The notes beneath the pieces are model-generated. The model did not search any database. It had not been told where the DNA came from and saw nothing but the letters and a program-made list of their open reading frames with translations. 35,078 bases of DNA from NCBI GenBank assembly GCA_046757165.1, contig JBHHXT010000033.1, positions 1-35,078 of the forward strand, read 5' to 3'. Positions 1 through 9,073 of this stretch are shown one piece after another; position 1 is the stretch's first letter, and each line of letters opens with the position of its first letter. Both the position numbers and the translations under genes were made by a program. The DNA comes from a bacterium. GTDB taxonomy: Bacteria; Zhuqueibacterota; Zhuqueibacteria; Oceanimicrobiales; Oceanimicrobiaceae.

Positions 1-17
1 TTTTTTTTTGCAAAGGA

Positions 18-80
18 ATTGTTTCATTGTTCTATTGTTCTATTGTTCTATTGTTGCTCAGGGTCAACAATAGAACAATG
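18..80. repeat. ATTGTTCT 8-mer tandem array with 15-bp hairpin
   Basis: ATTGTTCT at 26-33, 34-41 and 42-49, with variants at 18-25 and 50-57. ATTGTTCTATTGTTG (42-56) is the perfect reverse complement of CAACAATAGAACAAT (65-79). Confidence 0.9.
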
Positions 81-93
81 GCACGATTTGATC

Positions 94-1719
94 TCAGAAT
101 GAAATTTCCAATCGCGTACTGCTCACAAATGCATTCGACAGCGCCGGGTCTGTGCCGGGGTTGATGACATATTGAAAGTCCGGTTGAGCCGCCAGCCAGG
201 AAGTGAGCTGGGCTCGATAGGTGAGCTCCAGAGCAATTTCTGATCTGTCGACGTCTATCCCGTCGATCCGTTGTGCGTCTCGCCAGTGCTTGCCCGTGTG
301 GGCCGCCGCCACGGCTACGCCTACCTGGTCCTCATCGCGGCCGGGGAACAATCCTGTGTACACTGCTCCAGCGCCTGTATAGAGGCCAAACTGAAACACT
401 TCGCTGTCAGAAAACCCAACCCGTCCGAAAACTGCAAGCCCCTGTCCCCTATCGTTTTTCTCCCGCAGAACTGAGCGTTCAGCCAGCAGGTAAGCGCCGG
501 GCTTGCTTCTTTGCTGCAGGTTGTTGTCCTGTCCCAGGATGGCATCATATTTCGTGGTATAAAAATATGTCCCCAGGGCAATTTTCCCGTACGGATGCGA
601 TTCATCCTCCGTTCCCGTCAGGTAGGCCAGCTCGGTGCTCACCAGGATTCCATCTCCCTGCCGGAACTTGATCTTTGTGCCGTTGGGATTATCCGGGTCC
701 CCGGGAACGCCGTCAAGCACGACCGTCTGAACATAGAACTTGTCTGAGGGGTGCCATTTCACTCTTAGCCCAAGAGATGTCGTTGGAAAGATCGAGGGGC
801 CGTTGGGCCCGGTTTGCGAGAAATCGGGTCCGATGCCATGGGAGCTGTTTAGAAACAAGCCTGCGGTTTCGATAGCATCGAATTCTGAATTCAAATCATA
901 GAGTCCTGCCAGAAATGACAATCGGCCGTCAAATAGTTCTTGCTGCACCGAAGCTTCGTAGAGCTTCCACGTGTCCGGGGAGTCGATGGTACTGATCCCC
1001 TGGGCATCCCCTACGTTGTCACTTGGGTTGCCGCCATGATTGCCCAGGATGTATAGGAAAAAGTGGGTGCCGCGCCAGCCAAAGAGACTCTCCAGGTTCA
1101 TGTCAATCGTTAGATCGAAATTGTCCAAATACTCTGTTCGACGAAAGAGTCCGCCGGCAAGATTCGATGAGACTTCAGAGGTATAGGCGGCCTCGAATTC
1201 TACCCCTTCCAGTCGATTTCTCAGCGCTGCAAAAAAGAGCTCCCCAAATCCGGTTGTTCGCTCAGACTGCACGGTATGCAAAGCAAGCTCATTGCGTGAC
1301 CACTTTGCACCTTCGGTTTGCTCAATCAATTTGTTGAGCAGGGCTAATGTATACTCATCGTCCATCTCGAATTCGTTTTGCAACCGAAACCCGGCGGGTT
1401 GCCCTCCGCCTGATCTTATCCTTGCAACATCCTGTGCCAGGTCATCGACCTTCAAATTGAGATCGATTATGGTGTTGAGAAGAGTTGAGAAGGTCTCCTC
1501 ATCAGGAATCGGCGCCAACTTAGACGGCACCCTTTGCCCTGCATCTTTTTGCGTCACCTCCAGTCTTGAAATCCGGAGATCGAGTCTTTGTAGGGCTAAT
1601 CTCAGCGAATCCAGGGATTGTGGTCTCAACTCAGCCGGTGTAAGGATCAGCATCAATGCCATCATAATCACACATACGATAGGTTCAGGTCTCGTCAAAC
1701 GCCGGTTCCGCAAATACAT
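94..1719 (-). CDS. oprB: Carbohydrate-selective porin, OprB family, with N-terminal helical extension
   Basis: Hydrophobic signal-like N-terminus; OprB-type motifs 'YTSEVSSNLAGG', 'GLYDLNSEFD', 'GPSIFP', 'QPDFQYVINPG'; terminal Phe. Confidence 0.88.
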   Translation of the reverse strand: MYLRNRRLTRPEPIVCVIMMALMLILTPAELRPQSLDSLRLALQRLDLRISRLEVTQKDAGQRVPSKLAPIPDEETFSTLLNTIIDLNLKVDDLAQDVARIRSGGGQPAGFRLQNEFEMDDEYTLALLNKLIEQTEGAKWSRNELALHTVQSERTTGFGELFFAALRNRLEGVEFEAAYTSEVSSNLAGGLFRRTEYLDNFDLTIDMNLESLFGWRGTHFFLYILGNHGGNPSDNVGDAQGISTIDSPDTWKLYEASVQQELFDGRLSFLAGLYDLNSEFDAIETAGLFLNSSHGIGPDFSQTGPNGPSIFPTTSLGLRVKWHPSDKFYVQTVVLDGVPGDPDNPNGTKIKFRQGDGILVSTELAYLTGTEDESHPYGKIALGTYFYTTKYDAILGQDNNLQQRSKPGAYLLAERSVLREKNDRGQGLAVFGRVGFSDSEVFQFGLYTGAGAVYTGLFPGRDEDQVGVAVAAAHTGKHWRDAQRIDGIDVDRSEIALELTYRAQLTSWLAAQPDFQYVINPGTDPALSNAFVSSTRLEISF

Positions 1720-1926
1720 GTCTGGTTTCCCCTTGCTTGATAGTTAATACATGTCGCCAATTCCCCGCAGGGGCCTGTCGCGCTTCTCATCTTCTCGAGA
1801 GAGCGTATGGCTCTAATATATATCGTATTTGAGGTTAATTACTTTATCATTTGATTGAAGGAAAAGCCGATCTTTGTATCTGAATTGCCGCTTGGGGTGT
1901 CACAGCCGCAGTTAGAGAGGATGTCT

Positions 1927-1951
1927 CATTGTTTTATTGTTCTATTGTTTT
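1927..1951. repeat. Second ATTGTT(C/T)T 8-mer array
   Basis: CATTGTTTTATTGTTCTATTGTTTT: three units, same orientation as the array at 26-57. Confidence 0.75.
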
Positions 1952-2008
1952 TTGGGTAGTTTAACATTCAGGGGCTTTGCAAAAAAGATGCAAAAAGTTC
2001 AGAGGTAA

Positions 2009-2206
2009 TTCATAGATGCCCCACAAGTGGGCATGGCTACGTAATCGGTGGGGGTTGGCCGTTCGTCACCGCATTCCCCAATCGGTGTCAATTCGCCACT
2101 CGTAGCCGCCACCCCTTGTGGGTGGCTGGTATCTCCGGCATGGTGCTTCATGGGGATGTTCATAGATGCCCCACAAGGGGGCATGGCTACACTATCGGTG
2201 GGGGTT
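2009..2206. repeat. REP/BIME-like cluster: two 48-bp direct repeats 150 bp apart with an inverted related unit between
   Basis: TTCATAGATGCCCCACAAG(T/G)GGGCATGGCTAC...ATCGGTGGGGGTT at 2009-2056 and 2159-2206. Inverted GTAGCCGCCACCCCTTGTGGGTGGC at 2102-2126. Each unit has a GTAG end and an internal palindrome. Confidence 0.85.
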
Positions 2207-2263
2207 AGACAGTGCTCGGAACCCAACTATCATTTGGTCTAAAGTAAGCTGGACCCATAAACT

Positions 2264-5200
2264 CTATTTCTGCAGGGCCACTTTGCGGACGAACTTTGCC
2301 TTTCCGGCCGTCAACTGCACAAAATACACACCTGAAGCCACTTCATGACCAGCGTTGTTTTTCCCGTACCAGGACGCTTTTCTGATTCCTGCCTGCTGGA
2401 CTTCATCAACCAGGATCCTGATTTCCTGGCCTTTGAGATTGTATATGGCTATCCGGACGCGTGTCTCTGCTGGCAGGGCATATTCGATAGTGGTGCCGGC
2501 GTTGAATGGGTTGGGGTAGTTTTGGCTCAAGCTGATCTTGTCAGGCAGGACGGGACCGCTATCGGTTGACATGAGCTGTTGTCTTAACGCCTTTTTCGAC
2601 GCGGCATTGCTCAATGCGGTCTCGACGACGAGCTCCGGGGCGTGGTCTCCCTCTTGGGTACTATACATGACGCTGTTTGAAGCTTTATTCGTCAGGGCAA
2701 AGCTGAATACGCCGTCGCGAGCAATCGCGGGGGTCACATCCAACTCCACCCAGGTCCCAACCGAAACAGCGCCCGCACGGCTCAGCTCTGAGCCTTCGAT
2801 CACGGGAGCGTTGTCCCAGTTCAGATCGTCCTCACTCCACGGGCTGTTGCTTCCTTTGTAGTGGTTGGCGACAGAATAGACAGCGCCGCCGTCTGGGCTA
2901 TCATCTGTCACATAAAGACGAATTCTGGCCGCTATCACCTCGCCCTGTAATCCTGTTATGTCGAATTTCAAATAGGAGTTGAAGCTCGGCCTGCCTTTCC
3001 GAACGCGCATAATCGGGTCATCTCCGAAATTAACCGTGGGGCGGGTGGACTTGACCTGCGCGTCATCTGCCGGGTTGAATGTGAAGGTCTGGCCTCCGCT
3101 GCCACTCTCCTGCGTAAATGTGGCGACAATACTCTTATCCGAGCTCATGATCAGGGTTTTGACTGGCTCAGTGCCGTCGACGTCCCCGCCCCATGTGCTG
3201 AATTGCCAGCCCGCGTCAGGCAGCGCAGCGACCTGGACCTGGACGCCCTCGTCGTAGACGCCACCCGGCGGGTCCAGAGCGACGCTGCCAGACCCTTCTG
3301 TCGTCACGGTTAGCGTGACCTGCTGTGGTCCGGCTGTGGCAAAAATTGCAGTTACCTGTTTATCGGCATCCATGGTAATCGCAGCCGGGTTGGCCGAGCC
3401 CGAGAGATCCCCGCTCCAGCTACTAAACTGCCAGCCATCGTCGGCTGTGGCGGTCAATTGTACCACCGTGCCGTCGTCAAAAACGGTGCCCTGTGGGGCC
3501 AGGGCTACGCTGCCGGCCCCTTGAGTTGAAATAGAGAGGCTATGCTGTGTCGCTCCGCCGCCAGAGCCGGTCTCAACGGCGAGCTCAGGCGGAAACTCAC
3601 CTTCCTTTGTGTGAAACTTGGCCTGGTCGATTGAATTGCTCTTTATGGCAAAGCTGACGGTGCCGTTGCCGGCCACCGCGGTTTTCACGTCGAGCTCGAT
3701 AACCTGGTCTGCTATGATTGTCCCCAGGCTGCCCAGTGGGGAACCTGAAATCTCTGGTGCGTTTCCAGACGTCAACCCTGATTCTACCCAGGGCGTGGGG
3801 GTATTGGCGTAATCATTCGAAACGCGCCAAATGCTGCCGCCGTCTGCGCTGCCGCCGCTGACGTAGAGCCGCAAGCGGGCAGACCGCACCGGCCCGGTCA
3901 ATCCCGCAACCTCGAACTTGAAGTATGAAACAAACTTGTTGCGCTCGACTTTTGTGGTGGTCTTGCGGCCGTAGTTTCTTCCGGGAGCGGTCAGTTTGAC
4001 TTGTCCGTCATCTGTTGGCAGGAAAGTTAGCAGGCTGGTGCCACCGCCGCCGCCATCGCTGGAAATCGTCACCATGGCGATATTGGAAGTCGCCCCGTCA
4101 TTGTCGTCAACGGTATAGGTGAAGGTGTCGGAGCCGGAGAATCCAGCATCCGGGGTGTAGGTGATCAAGCCAGAGAACGGATTCACCACCACAGTGCCTC
4201 CAATCGGCAAATCAACCACGTGCACGGTCGTGGCGTCGAGCGTGCCATCGATGTCGCCATCGTTGGCCAGCACGTCGATGACAGCAGGCGTTGCACCCAT
4301 AATCGTAGCAGCATCAGCGCCAGCCACAGGAGCATCATTCACAGGTCTCACGGTGATCGTGACCGTCGCCTCGTTCGACGGTGCTCCCTGATCATCCCGA
4401 ATCGTGTAGGTGAAGGTGTCTGTGCCGGAAGAGTCCGCAGCCGGCGTGTAGGACACCGTGCCGTTATTCCGAACCGAGGCCGACCCATGCGAGGGCGGGG
4501 TTGTTATCGTCACGGAGTTCAAATCGAGCGTGCCGTCGTCATCGGAATCATTGCCTGCTACGGGGATGTCTATGGGAGCATCTTCGTCGGTGCTGATCTC
4601 GTCATCAACGGCCACTGGCGGTTGATTGTCGGCCCCGCCGGCGCCGGTTTTGACCACCAGCTCTGGTGGGAATGCGCCTTCTTTGGTTGAATATCTGACC
4701 TGGTTTCCTGAAGCGGTGGACAAGCCAAAGCTGTAAACACCGTTTCCAGTTACGGCCGCGCTGACGTCAAATTCCACCAGGTCATTTGGCTCGGCTCTGC
4801 CTTGTGAACCGAGGGATGAGCCGTTCATCTCCGGTGCGTTTATCGCCCGCAGCTCGGATTCAGTCCAGGGCAGGGAGGAGCCCGAAAAATTATTGGAAAC
4901 CGCATAGATCTCCCCGGCCTGATCGCCGCCATCTGAAATGCCCCCGGCAACACGAAGCCGCAACCGCGCGTTCTGAACCGGACCACTGAGACCGCTGACC
5001 ACAAACTTGAAATAGCTGTTGAACTTGTCGGCTTCGATTTTTGCACTGCTTTTGGCGCCATAATTCTTGCGCCGTTCCGTGAGCTTGACCTGGCCATCAT
5101 CTGTCGGTTGGAAGGTCAAGGTCTGCGTTCCGCCCCCGCCGCTGGCATTGACCGTCACCGTCACGGTCGCGGCATTGGAAGTGGCGCCGTTGTTGTCCTG

Positions 5201-8200
5201 CACGGTGTACTCGAAAGAATCCACTCCAACAAAACCGGCGTCAGGGAGGTACTCCACCGTCCCGTCGCCATTCACAGAAGCCGCGCCGTTCGATGGCTGT
5301 CGCGTGATGCTGACGGTTGCAGGGTCGAGCGCACCGTCGCTGTCGTTGTCATTGCTCAATACGGCGATGGTGACAGAAACATCTTCCATGGTTGTGGCTT
5401 GATCATCACTGGCGGTGGGAGGATTGTTCGCGCCCCCGCCTGCTCCGGTTTCAATAATGAGCTGTGGCGGAATCGTCCCTTCGCGCGTGTCGTACTTGGC
5501 CTTATTGGTCGAGCTGCTGACGAGCGCAAAGCTCACCTCGCCGTTGCCCAGAATTGCCGAAGTGAGATCCAGCTCGACAAGATCATTTGGTGACACATTG
5601 CTGGCGCTGCTGAGTCGTGAGCCGTCTATCGCTGGGGCATTGCCGGCGTTCAGCTCGTTTTCGCGCCACGGGGTGGAGGAGGCGATGAAGTTATTTGAAA
5701 CCTGGTACACTGCGCCGCCATCACTGCTGCCATCTGAAATGCCATTGCTGACCCTCAATCGCAGGCGAGCGCTTTGAACCGGACCCGTTAATCCGGAAAC
5801 GTTGAATTTGAAGTACGCGCGAAATTTATTGTGCTCGACCTTGGCCGTGGCCTTGGCGCCATAATTCTTGCCCGGGGCGGTCAACTTCACCTGACCATCG
5901 TCGGTGGGTACAAAATTGAAGGTCTGCCCGCCTGCATTGTCGTTGACGTTGACGCTCACCAGAGCCTGGTTCGACACCGCGCCCTGGTCATCCTGGATGG
6001 TGTACGTAAACGAATCGAGACCCACAAACCCCGGGTTCGGGGTGTAGGTGACCAATCCCGCTCCGGCAAGTGTCGCTGTCCCGTTCCCCGGTGGGTTCAG
6101 AATCGTGACGGTTGCGTTGTCAACAGAACCGTCGATGTCGAAGTCGTTGGCAGCGACATCGATAGCAACCGTAACTCCTTCGCGTGTATCCGCCTGATCG
6201 TCCCTGGCTATCGGAGTCAAGTTCGAACTTCCACCTGCCGGGTTGATGAAATTGTGCAGATAGTATTTGGTTTCACTTGCGCTCGCAATCGCCAGAATCC
6301 CGGTGGTGGAATTGACACATTGTTTGGTGGACTTGACATTGTTGACATCGCTATCCTTGCTGCTAAAAATGAAGGTTCTTCCGGTCCCGGCGGGAAAGTT
6401 CAGGTCGTCGATATGGGCGACCTTCAGCTCGATGGTGCGGGGCGCGAAGAATCTGCTCGAAAAGACATAAACACTATCGCTTTCGGAATCGACCAGAACC
6501 ATTGGCCGGGTGAGATGGTTTCTGACCAGGCCGATCACATGGCGAGTCCATCGCCCGTCCGGTGTCCGTTTGAGCAAGTAGATGCCATCGTCATCGAGAT
6601 TGGAAAGATTGGTCTTTGTGGCGACCAGGATTTCGCCCGTGGCGCAATGCGTGGCCAGGTTGAAATGGTCATCAGAGATGTTCTTGGAGCCGTCAGAGAG
6701 CGCGACCTCTCTTCGTTCCCAGTTCTGGTCACTGTTGCTATCTTTGTGTACCGCAAAATAGGCCTTGGAATCATTCTGGTTGCTCCAAATCACGCCAATT
6801 TTGTTTTGGTCAAAGGCGATAAGGGAGGAGATGTCATCCGGGTCGGTCGCGCCGCCCTGCACGGGCAGTTTGAACGGGTCTCCCCAGGTTCGGTCGTCGC
6901 CGAGGGTTCGGTTGATCCAGACTTTGCCCCCATCTGTCCAGGTCGCCCACAGCTGGCCGGTCGAGTCCTTGTCGATTACCAACGATTCGACTTTGTCATT
7001 CATGTTGAGCGTCACAGGAAATCCACTGTCCAGACGGTACGTTTGCGTCCCGGCGTCGTAACTATAGCGATAAAGTCTGGCATCGCTTGGGCCCATGCTG
7101 GCCTTGTGTCCAGAGGTCGCCCGCGAGGCAACATAGAGTTTTTCTCCATCCCACAAGACATCTTGCGCGGAGTGCGCCCGTTCATCAACATCTGTTTCGG
7201 TGTTGGTCCAACATTGGGTCGGCCTGTTGAAGCGGTAGATCCGGTATTTTGTCGCCAACGGGTCCCAGAGCACGCCCCACCAGGAGCCGTCATGGAACCA
7301 GAGTTTGCTCTCCGGCTTGTCTTCGGTGGGTTTGTCCATGACATCGGTTCCGCCATAATAATAATCCCGGAAGCCAACATCCACCGGCGCGCATTTTTCA
7401 CCGCTGCCGGCCGGCGGTTCTGAGCCGTCGTCCGGGATCTGGATGGTGAAGTTCAGGTCGCTGACATCACTCAAGGAGCCGTTCGAGGTGCTGGTGATTC
7501 TGATCAGCGCCGTCATCGTCTCGATTACGGGAACCGTCCAATCAAACTCACCGTCATTGGGCGTGGCCGCCTCGATGGGTTCCCAACTGGCGCCTGCGTT
7601 TTGCGAGAATTCGATGTCGACCGTGGAGCCGGCACCACTTGAATTCCACCGGATGGTGTGCGTGCTGCCCTGGTCCAACCTTTCGCTTCCGCCGGGTGAA
7701 GCGACATAGACAAACGCCCCGTCATAGACCGGAGCGCCCGAGTTTGCAAATCTGGGGAAATCCGTGGTGGTCTCAACGATGTCTCCATCATGATTCTTCG
7801 TGCTGTGGTCCACCACCGTTGAACCGCCGCCTTCATCAAATGTCCAGTAGGCCACCAGACCGGATTCGTTGCCTGCGAGCGTCTTGTTCATCAGCGCTTG
7901 CAGTTCTTCCGCCGACTTCTTGACATTCCAGACCCTGACCTCGTCCATCTTGCCGCGAAATCGTTTTTCTGGCTGGTAGGCGTGACGCCCGAGGAGCACA
8001 CGCGCATTTGTTGAAGGCATTCCGCCGGGCACCACTTCCCCGTTGCCATACTCCACCCCGTCGATAAAGATTCTAACGATGTGGGAGCTGCCATCGTAGG
8101 TCATGGCAATATGATGCCATCGATTGACCACGATGACCCCACCGCCGGCTTTGTATTCAAAATTGCTGCCGTTGTTTTCGATGGCAACGGAAACTTCATT

Positions 8201-8470
8201 CTCGAAGCTGCCGTCGACCATCAGCCCCCACTCTTTAAACTGGGTGTCTTTCCACTTTTGAATGATCGGGCGGTCCTTTTTTAAATTGACCAGCTTGACC
8301 CATGCTTCGACGGTCTTGCTTCTGTTTGGCGAGCCCCTGAGCGAACTCGAGTCGCTGATTTTGACGAAACCGCCTTCGCCGTCGAAATCAAGAGAAAAGC
8401 CACCATCTTGTGCAAAAAGCGAATTAGAGATTAGAAAAGAAAGAACGATAAGTACGAAAAAGTGTCTCAT
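2264..8470 (-). CDS. Large secreted modular protein: LamG-like, Ig-like, unassigned ~380-aa domain, tandem Ig-like (Big_9-type) repeats, 4x DNRLRE/CBM96-like, 2x InlB-B-like repeats, C-terminal FlgD-Ig/T9SS-like sorting domain
   Basis: Signal peptide MRHFFVLIVLSFLISNSLFAQ (start 8470; ORF is open to 8509). LamG motifs 'WHHIAMTYDG...GKMDEVRVWN'. Repeated 'VAANDFDIDG...TYTP...DSFTYTI'. Four 'F.P.DD.QVK...Y.KF.V.GL.G.V..AR.RL' units. C-terminus 'LSQNYPNPFNAGTTIEY...ASGVYF'. Confidence 0.9.
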   Translation of the reverse strand: MRHFFVLIVLSFLISNSLFAQDGGFSLDFDGEGGFVKISDSSSLRGSPNRSKTVEAWVKLVNLKKDRPIIQKWKDTQFKEWGLMVDGSFENEVSVAIENNGSNFEYKAGGGVIVVNRWHHIAMTYDGSSHIVRIFIDGVEYGNGEVVPGGMPSTNARVLLGRHAYQPEKRFRGKMDEVRVWNVKKSAEELQALMNKTLAGNESGLVAYWTFDEGGGSTVVDHSTKNHDGDIVETTTDFPRFANSGAPVYDGAFVYVASPGGSERLDQGSTHTIRWNSSGAGSTVDIEFSQNAGASWEPIEAATPNDGEFDWTVPVIETMTALIRITSTSNGSLSDVSDLNFTIQIPDDGSEPPAGSGEKCAPVDVGFRDYYYGGTDVMDKPTEDKPESKLWFHDGSWWGVLWDPLATKYRIYRFNRPTQCWTNTETDVDERAHSAQDVLWDGEKLYVASRATSGHKASMGPSDARLYRYSYDAGTQTYRLDSGFPVTLNMNDKVESLVIDKDSTGQLWATWTDGGKVWINRTLGDDRTWGDPFKLPVQGGATDPDDISSLIAFDQNKIGVIWSNQNDSKAYFAVHKDSNSDQNWERREVALSDGSKNISDDHFNLATHCATGEILVATKTNLSNLDDDGIYLLKRTPDGRWTRHVIGLVRNHLTRPMVLVDSESDSVYVFSSRFFAPRTIELKVAHIDDLNFPAGTGRTFIFSSKDSDVNNVKSTKQCVNSTTGILAIASASETKYYLHNFINPAGGSSNLTPIARDDQADTREGVTVAIDVAANDFDIDGSVDNATVTILNPPGNGTATLAGAGLVTYTPNPGFVGLDSFTYTIQDDQGAVSNQALVSVNVNDNAGGQTFNFVPTDDGQVKLTAPGKNYGAKATAKVEHNKFRAYFKFNVSGLTGPVQSARLRLRVSNGISDGSSDGGAVYQVSNNFIASSTPWRENELNAGNAPAIDGSRLSSASNVSPNDLVELDLTSAILGNGEVSFALVSSSTNKAKYDTREGTIPPQLIIETGAGGGANNPPTASDDQATTMEDVSVTIAVLSNDNDSDGALDPATVSITRQPSNGAASVNGDGTVEYLPDAGFVGVDSFEYTVQDNNGATSNAATVTVTVNASGGGGTQTLTFQPTDDGQVKLTERRKNYGAKSSAKIEADKFNSYFKFVVSGLSGPVQNARLRLRVAGGISDGGDQAGEIYAVSNNFSGSSLPWTESELRAINAPEMNGSSLGSQGRAEPNDLVEFDVSAAVTGNGVYSFGLSTASGNQVRYSTKEGAFPPELVVKTGAGGADNQPPVAVDDEISTDEDAPIDIPVAGNDSDDDGTLDLNSVTITTPPSHGSASVRNNGTVSYTPAADSSGTDTFTYTIRDDQGAPSNEATVTITVRPVNDAPVAGADAATIMGATPAVIDVLANDGDIDGTLDATTVHVVDLPIGGTVVVNPFSGLITYTPDAGFSGSDTFTYTVDDNDGATSNIAMVTISSDGGGGGTSLLTFLPTDDGQVKLTAPGRNYGRKTTTKVERNKFVSYFKFEVAGLTGPVRSARLRLYVSGGSADGGSIWRVSNDYANTPTPWVESGLTSGNAPEISGSPLGSLGTIIADQVIELDVKTAVAGNGTVSFAIKSNSIDQAKFHTKEGEFPPELAVETGSGGGATQHSLSISTQGAGSVALAPQGTVFDDGTVVQLTATADDGWQFSSWSGDLSGSANPAAITMDADKQVTAIFATAGPQQVTLTVTTEGSGSVALDPPGGVYDEGVQVQVAALPDAGWQFSTWGGDVDGTEPVKTLIMSSDKSIVATFTQESGSGGQTFTFNPADDAQVKSTRPTVNFGDDPIMRVRKGRPSFNSYLKFDITGLQGEVIAARIRLYVTDDSPDGGAVYSVANHYKGSNSPWSEDDLNWDNAPVIEGSELSRAGAVSVGTWVELDVTPAIARDGVFSFALTNKASNSVMYSTQEGDHAPELVVETALSNAASKKALRQQLMSTDSGPVLPDKISLSQNYPNPFNAGTTIEYALPAETRVRIAIYNLKGQEIRILVDEVQQAGIRKASWYGKNNAGHEVASGVYFVQLTAGKAKFVRKVALQK

Positions 8471-8728
8471 TTTAGAAGTGTTATCCCAAGTTGATAAACG
8501 ACTCACCATAGCTGCACTAGTCCCCCTGGTAAAATAACGTCAAATTGACCTGAGTCAGATGACATCTCCACATGATTCATACCAGACCTAACCACCAAAA
8601 TGACAACATGTTAAATGAATCTCCGCAAGCATCCCTGCCCGGGCTGTTCTGAAAATCAGGCGGTGATGATTCTGGTTTTCTCTACAAAATCAGCAATTCA
8701 CATGCCATTTCTCGTCGCACAACTCCGG

Positions 8729-8856
8729 GGGGCTGTCCAATAAGGGGCAAACATGTCTTCGCGAGGAGTCCCGGTTTTAGGCACAAAGCTGGGAGATTGC
8801 TTCGTCCCGCAAGAAACGCGGGACTCGCAATGACATCTGACTTTTTGGATAGCCCC
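8729..8856. mobile_element. MITE/palindromic element of the GTCATTGCGAG...GAGATTGCTTCG...CTCGCAATGAC type, with outer inverted repeats
   Basis: Outer IR GGGGCTGTCCAA (8729-8740) / TTGGATAGCCCC (8845-8856), 11/12 match. Inner arms ATGTCTTCGCGAGGAGTCCCG / CGGGACTCGCAATGACAT. Hairpin GTCCCGC-AAGAAAC-GCGGGAC. Confidence 0.7.
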
Positions 8857-9073
8857 TTGCACCAGCCAGTCTATCCCATAGATAGTATAGAATCACCGGG
8901 TGTCGAATGCGTAGTGGCAAGCAGGAGATTTTTCCATTTGGAGTGGTTCATCGATGATGAAGGATTGGGCCGCCATCAGGCTCGGTGCCGATAATAATTT
9001 GCTTTTTTTAACAGATTTTGATATATTGACCCCATAACTCAAAGAAACACCCAACCCTATCTTTGGAACGTCT

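Noticed and set aside
1999..2242. CRISPR array or small repeat-containing proteins
   Set aside because: Only two direct repeats with a ~100-bp repeat-related spacer and no cas genes; the ORFs merely translate the REP-like DNA.
2600..5950. DGR-like template/variable repeats among the repeated DNRLRE and Ig domains
   Set aside because: The copies are in-frame, divergent protein-domain duplications without evident adenine-specific differences, and there is no reverse transcriptase in the window.
5831..7423. 530-aa plus-strand ORF
   Set aside because: Antisense shadow of the giant protein, with no recognisable motifs; expected from GC-rich codon bias.
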